In this document: positions 60,199 to 64,000 of the stretch, piece by piece
Position numbering within the stretch: the first letter of the stretch is position 1
Layout of the letters: each line of letters begins with the position of its first letter
NCBI GenBank assembly: GCA_963833985.1
Contig: CAWIAD010000002.1
Span: forward strand, 896,001 to 960,000
DNA from: an uncultured Planctomycetaceae bacterium
Lineage (GTDB): Bacteria > Planctomycetota > Planctomycetia > Isosphaerales > Isosphaeraceae
Direction of reading: 5' to 3'
DNA: 64,000 bases
Notes under the pieces: model-generated
What the model was told of the DNA's origin: nothing
The model's input: the letters and a program-made list of their open reading frames with translations, nothing else
Databases searched by the model: none
Translations under genes and position numbers: made by a program

Positions 60199-61673
60199 CC
60201 CTGGTGACACGCTTCTCAGTGTTCTTTCTGGTAGCCCTGGCGCTCGCCCTCGGCGGGTTCTCCGCATGCCTTTACTATCTGTTGGGAATGCAGCTGCGCG
60301 TGGGCCTCGACCAGGATCTCGAAGCCACCCTCGACGGGTTCCCCGCCGGTCTTGCGACACGCAGCCCGCGCGTGAACTGGGCCATCTTCGGTGAACCCGG
60401 CCAGCGGCTGGAAAGCTCGGTTCCCGACGGCCAGACGACGGTTCTCGACAACCGCGACCTGACTCCGCTTGCGGTGGACGTCGCCACGACCATCAAGGCG
60501 CCCGACGGGTCGCGCTGGCGGGTGCTCGTCCGTCCCTTCGGCGGCCGCCATCGCCGTGGCCCGCGTGACGGCCCGCGCGATGGCCGACGCCCCGTCCCCG
60601 GAAAAGGTGATGATCGACCAGAACCCTTCCCACCCAGGGATCACAGACCCGGGGCGCTGGCGGCCTGGGCATCGCTACAGCCCGTGGAGGGCCAGCTCCG
60701 TACGCTCGCCGCGGTGCTTCCCCTGGTCTCGCTTGGTCTCTGGGGCCTGGCCGCGCTGATTGGCCGGCGATTCGGCCGGCGGGCGCTGGCTCCGCTGGCG
60801 CGCATGGCCGAGGCCGCCCGGGCTATGCCCTGGACCGAGAAGGATGCGCGACTGCCCAGTCCGGGAACCCGCGACGAACTCGAGTATTTCGCCGCCAGCT
60901 TCAATGGTTTGCTCGATCGGCTACACGAGGCCCTGGAACGCCAGAAGCAATTCACCGGGCAGGCCTCGCACCAGCTCCGAACGCCGATGGCGGCCCTCAT
61001 CACCACCATCGACGTCGCGCGACGCCGACCCAGGAGCGTCCAGGAACACGAGCGCGTGCTCGACCGGCTGCACGCGGATGCCATTCGGCTCTGGAGGATC
61101 GTCGAGGCCCTCCTTTTCCTGGCTCGAGCCGACGCCGAGGCCGGCATGCCCGATCTCGAGCCGCTCGAACTGGGCACCTGGCTGGCCCTGCACCTTGAGG
61201 GCTGGTCCGCCCATGAGCGCGCCAGCGATCTTCACGGCCCTGAAGGCCCGCAGGAACCGGTCTTCATCCAGGCACATCCCGCACTCCTGGGGCAACTGCT
61301 GGACAACCTGCTCGAGAACGCCTGCAAGTACAGCACCTGTGGGACACCTGTTGACGTGAAGCTGCGCGTGGAACCAGCAGAGGCGATCCTGGAGGTGGAC
61401 GACCACGGCTGCGGCATTCCGGCCGAGGATCTTCCCCACGTCTTCAAGCCATTCTACCGCTCTCAGCAGGCGCGCCTGGGACATGCGGGAGTGGGCCTTG
61501 GCCTGGCGGTGGTTCAGCGCATTGCCACGGCCCTGGGCGGCACCGTCAGCGTCGAGAGCGAGGAAGGCCGCGGCAGCCGCTTCGTCCTTCGACTGCCGTC
61601 CGTCCGGCATCCCGCGCCGCCCCCCACCGCCAGGGCGGACGAAGCACAGCCTCTGGCCGGTGCCACAGCCTGA
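60195..61673 (+). CDS. Sensor histidine kinase (2 TM, HAMP, HisKA, HATPase)
   Basis: ATGA overlap with the regulator; ASHQLRTP, NLLENACKY, DHGCGI, GLGL, GSRF. Confidence 0.92.
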   Translation: MTLVTRFSVFFLVALALALGGFSACLYYLLGMQLRVGLDQDLEATLDGFPAGLATRSPRVNWAIFGEPGQRLESSVPDGQTTVLDNRDLTPLAVDVATTIKAPDGSRWRVLVRPFGGRHRRGPRDGPRDGRRPVPGKGDDRPEPFPPRDHRPGALAAWASLQPVEGQLRTLAAVLPLVSLGLWGLAALIGRRFGRRALAPLARMAEAARAMPWTEKDARLPSPGTRDELEYFAASFNGLLDRLHEALERQKQFTGQASHQLRTPMAALITTIDVARRRPRSVQEHERVLDRLHADAIRLWRIVEALLFLARADAEAGMPDLEPLELGTWLALHLEGWSAHERASDLHGPEGPQEPVFIQAHPALLGQLLDNLLENACKYSTCGTPVDVKLRVEPAEAILEVDDHGCGIPAEDLPHVFKPFYRSQQARLGHAGVGLGLAVVQRIATALGGTVSVESEEGRGSRFVLRLPSVRHPAPPPTARADEAQPLAGATA

Positions 61674-61712
61674 ATCCCGCCACGGCCCGAGTCGTGCCAC
61701 GGCCTGAGTCCT
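61662..61712. repeat. Three imperfect tandem 17-bp repeats between convergent genes
   Basis: GCCACAGCCTGAATCcc / GCCACGGCCCGAGTCgt / GCCACGGCCTGAGTCct at 61662, 61679 and 61696. Confidence 0.7.
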
Positions 61713-62764
61713 CAGGTGTGTGCGTAATCGGCCTCGATCGGCATCAGGTGATAGGCCGGGCCGGCGGGCAAGAGGCCCTGGCGGTCGCGCACCTGGAATT
61801 CGAGGCTGAACCGGGAGCGGAAGCCAGATTGGCGCAGGGCGCTTTCCATCCAGGGTGTGCTCGCGAACGTCTGCACCAGGTCGGCTCCCTGGCGCTTCAG
61901 TTCTTGCGTCAGGGCCGCGATGGCCTGCCGCCAGAGCTCCGCGTCGGTCTCCGCCAGCAGGCAATCCACGACCTTGCCCAGCACCACCCGGCCGCCAGGC
62001 CGCGGGATGAGGTTCAGGACCGCAAAGCCGTGAACCTGCCCGGCCCGATCGCTGAGCAGCCAGCCCGACATCGCCTGCCGCGGAAACCGGAGCAGGTGGT
62101 TCAGCCGTGCGGGCCTGCGGCTGCTGACGATCACGCGGGTTTTCGCCCCTGCGACCACCGGCTCGATCTCCGTACCGAACGTCTCGATCCTGCGGAGGAT
62201 GAACCGGCTTCCACCCGGGCGGACGGCATGCACACCGGATCGAGCCAGGTCGCGAGCCAGGCGAGTGGCTCGCGCGGCCACGCCCAGCGAGGGATCACGC
62301 AGCCAGTGCAGGGGGTTGAGCACGCGCTGGTACACAGGAACAGGTGCTTTGTCGGCATAGCCCGTCGGCTTGCCGATGACCCGCGCCGCGCCGGAACCTC
62401 CCAGGCCGAACTGCGTTGGCGTCCGGCAATAGGCCGTGCGCATCAGGCTGGTGCCAATCGAGCGATGCTCGGGCGAGCCCAGCCAGTCCATCATGTGCAG
62501 TGTGCCGACGCGTCCACCCGGGACTTGGTCTCCCTCGAAGGCCGTGAGGCTGATCCCCACATGGCCGATGATCCGGCCGTGCTCGTCACGCGCCAGGTAG
62601 CTGCGAGGAGCTTCATCCTCCTCGCCGCAGGGCTCCAGATACTTCCAGCGCAACACCTCGGACGCCGCGAACTCGGCCTCGGGCGGCGTCCGGAATCCGG
62701 TGGTCAGGAAGCGGCCGAGCTCGGGCAGATCGTCGTCGGCCAGCAGGCGGATCTCACGCGCCAT
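61712..62764 (-). CDS. GNAT-like acyltransferase-fold protein
   Basis: EIRLLADDDL, LRWKY, GRIIGHVG, DWLGSPEHRSIGTSL (acetyl-CoA-binding-like motif); second GNAT-like half. Confidence 0.6.
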   Translation of the reverse strand: MAREIRLLADDDLPELGRFLTTGFRTPPEAEFAASEVLRWKYLEPCGEEDEAPRSYLARDEHGRIIGHVGISLTAFEGDQVPGGRVGTLHMMDWLGSPEHRSIGTSLMRTAYCRTPTQFGLGGSGAARVIGKPTGYADKAPVPVYQRVLNPLHWLRDPSLGVAARATRLARDLARSGVHAVRPGGSRFILRRIETFGTEIEPVVAGAKTRVIVSSRRPARLNHLLRFPRQAMSGWLLSDRAGQVHGFAVLNLIPRPGGRVVLGKVVDCLLAETDAELWRQAIAALTQELKRQGADLVQTFASTPWMESALRQSGFRSRFSLEFQVRDRQGLLPAGPAYHLMPIEADYAHT

Positions 62765-63912
62765 CAGTGACCGCTTTCCGGTGCCGTCACGGAGCGGATG
62801 TAGTCGACCTCGGCCTGGCTGTAGGGCGTGCCATCCGCGCGGAAGATGTCGTGGAACCAGACCGTGGGCTCATGGGCGTACGGCTTTTTCCAGGAATCCC
62901 AGGGATAGATGGTCTGGGTCTTGCCGGCCACGAACCCCCAGTTGTACGCGCCGACGTGCTCGGATTTGAGGTAAGCCAGGATCGGGTCAAAGCGGCTGCC
63001 CGCGGGACGGGCCATGTACTCGGTGCAGAGCAGGGGACGGCCGTATCGTTTCAGCGCCTCGACGTCGCGTTTCATTTCCGGCAACGGTTTGTAGTTATGA
63101 AAGCTGATCACGTCAGATTGTTCGAGCATGTACCGATTGATTGGCGAGAGCTTCTCCGCACTGGTGAAGTCACCGGCCCAGACGCCCGCGGTCAGCGGCT
63201 GCGAGGGATGGACCGAGCGGGCCCAGCCGAATGCCTTCTCCAGGAGGCGCTGCGCCAGCTCAGCCTTGTTGGCGGGTTCCAGCCGTCCGTAGCTCGACCG
63301 GTTCGGGTTGTCAGGCTCGTTGAAGAGGTCCCAGGCATGGATGCGGCGATCGCCGCGGAACCGGCTGATCACCCCGGTGACGTACCCTTTCAGCTCGTCG
63401 TGCCGATCCGGGTTCTTGAGGATGACCAGTCCCGGGCATTGCACCCAGCCCGAGTTGTGCAGCCCCGGCCAGGGATCATGCTGTTTGCCGGAGTGCGGAA
63501 ACGGGTCCCAGCAGCTATCGAAGAGCACGAAGACCACGCCGATCCGGTGCCGGTCCGCCGTCTTCAGGAACTGGTCGATGCGCTCGAGGAAAGCCTGAGA
63601 ATCGCGCTCCCAGGGAAGGTGATGCAGGAAGACGCGGATGCTGTTGAACCCCAAGTGTTCCGCCCAGCCGAGCTCGCGGTCGATGGTGGGCAGGTCGAAG
63701 GTGTCAGCCTGCCACATCTCCAGCTCGTTGATCGCCGTGCTGGGCGAGAAATTGCAGCCGACCAGCCAGGGGTGTTGCTGCGCCCAGGCGGAAGCTGTTG
63801 CCGCCGACCAGGGACCTTGCTCATCTTCGGCGTCCGCGTTGTTCCAGCCAGAAACAAGAATCAGTGCGAGAGCCAGCACGGCCCCCGGAGCACTTGCAGT
63901 CAGGCAATTCAT
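62764..63912 (-). CDS. Secreted GH5-like (clan A) glycoside hydrolase
   Basis: Signal peptide; GCNF...NELEMWQ, GFNSIRVFLH, HNSGWVQ, WDLFNEP (acid/base), SFHNY, CTEYMAR (nucleophile), WFHDIF. Confidence 0.85.
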   Translation of the reverse strand: MNCLTASAPGAVLALALILVSGWNNADAEDEQGPWSAATASAWAQQHPWLVGCNFSPSTAINELEMWQADTFDLPTIDRELGWAEHLGFNSIRVFLHHLPWERDSQAFLERIDQFLKTADRHRIGVVFVLFDSCWDPFPHSGKQHDPWPGLHNSGWVQCPGLVILKNPDRHDELKGYVTGVISRFRGDRRIHAWDLFNEPDNPNRSSYGRLEPANKAELAQRLLEKAFGWARSVHPSQPLTAGVWAGDFTSAEKLSPINRYMLEQSDVISFHNYKPLPEMKRDVEALKRYGRPLLCTEYMARPAGSRFDPILAYLKSEHVGAYNWGFVAGKTQTIYPWDSWKKPYAHEPTVWFHDIFRADGTPYSQAEVDYIRSVTAPESGH

Positions 63913-64000
63913 GGCACACCAGCGTTCGGTCGGAGATCTGTGGAACCGTGCGACAACAATAACGGACGCATTGTCAGCTTCCCGGTCCCTGGAATCAACA

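Noticed and set aside
61662..61712. Tandem repeats as a mini-CRISPR array
   Set aside because: Units are 17 bp with no spacers, and there are no cas genes
1..64000. Mobile elements, prophage, tRNA or rRNA genes
   Set aside because: No transposase, integrase or phage genes, terminal repeats, RNA gene signatures or obvious composition shift were seen

Overview
GC-rich bacterial chromosomal window of about 43 genes. It is most likely from a planctomycete, inferred from a DUF1592-type/DUF1552 gene pair, an 'NLLFG'-type Ser/Thr kinase with TPRs, a PEP-CTERM protein and many Tat/Sec-exported proteins. Housekeeping genes include the sdaA end, an Fpg/Nei glycosylase, gyrA, surE, rfbB, rhaB, cynS, a cysteine desulfurase and larE. 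Carbohydrate-active genes include a GtaA/DUF4965-like protein, DUF4432, a 1706-aa GH2-like protein, a GH5-like protein, an esterase, a polysaccharide deacetylase and a YfhO-like GT-C. There is also a tandem aspartyl protease-PDZ pair, an ACE-like M2 peptidase, an FGE-family protein, an acetoin module, a TolC, a PPi-dependent PEP carboxykinase and an OmpR/HK two-component system. I found no rRNA, tRNA, CRISPR array or mobile element. Eight genes, including the essential gyrA, are broken by about 13 small indels. These look like sequencing errors, and 11 of them sit next to GCGC, which may reveal a host methylation motif. The strongest novelty candidates are: a ribbon-helix-helix-like domain fused to acetolactate decarboxylase, with a perfect 16-bp AT-rich palindrome one gene upstream; a DTG/DLG aspartyl protease-PDZ pair; an orphan desulfurase-LarE-triple Zn-ribbon unit; and duplicated OmpR-type boxes between the PPi-PEPCK gene and the two-component system. 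All family assignments are from motif recognition by eye, not database searches.
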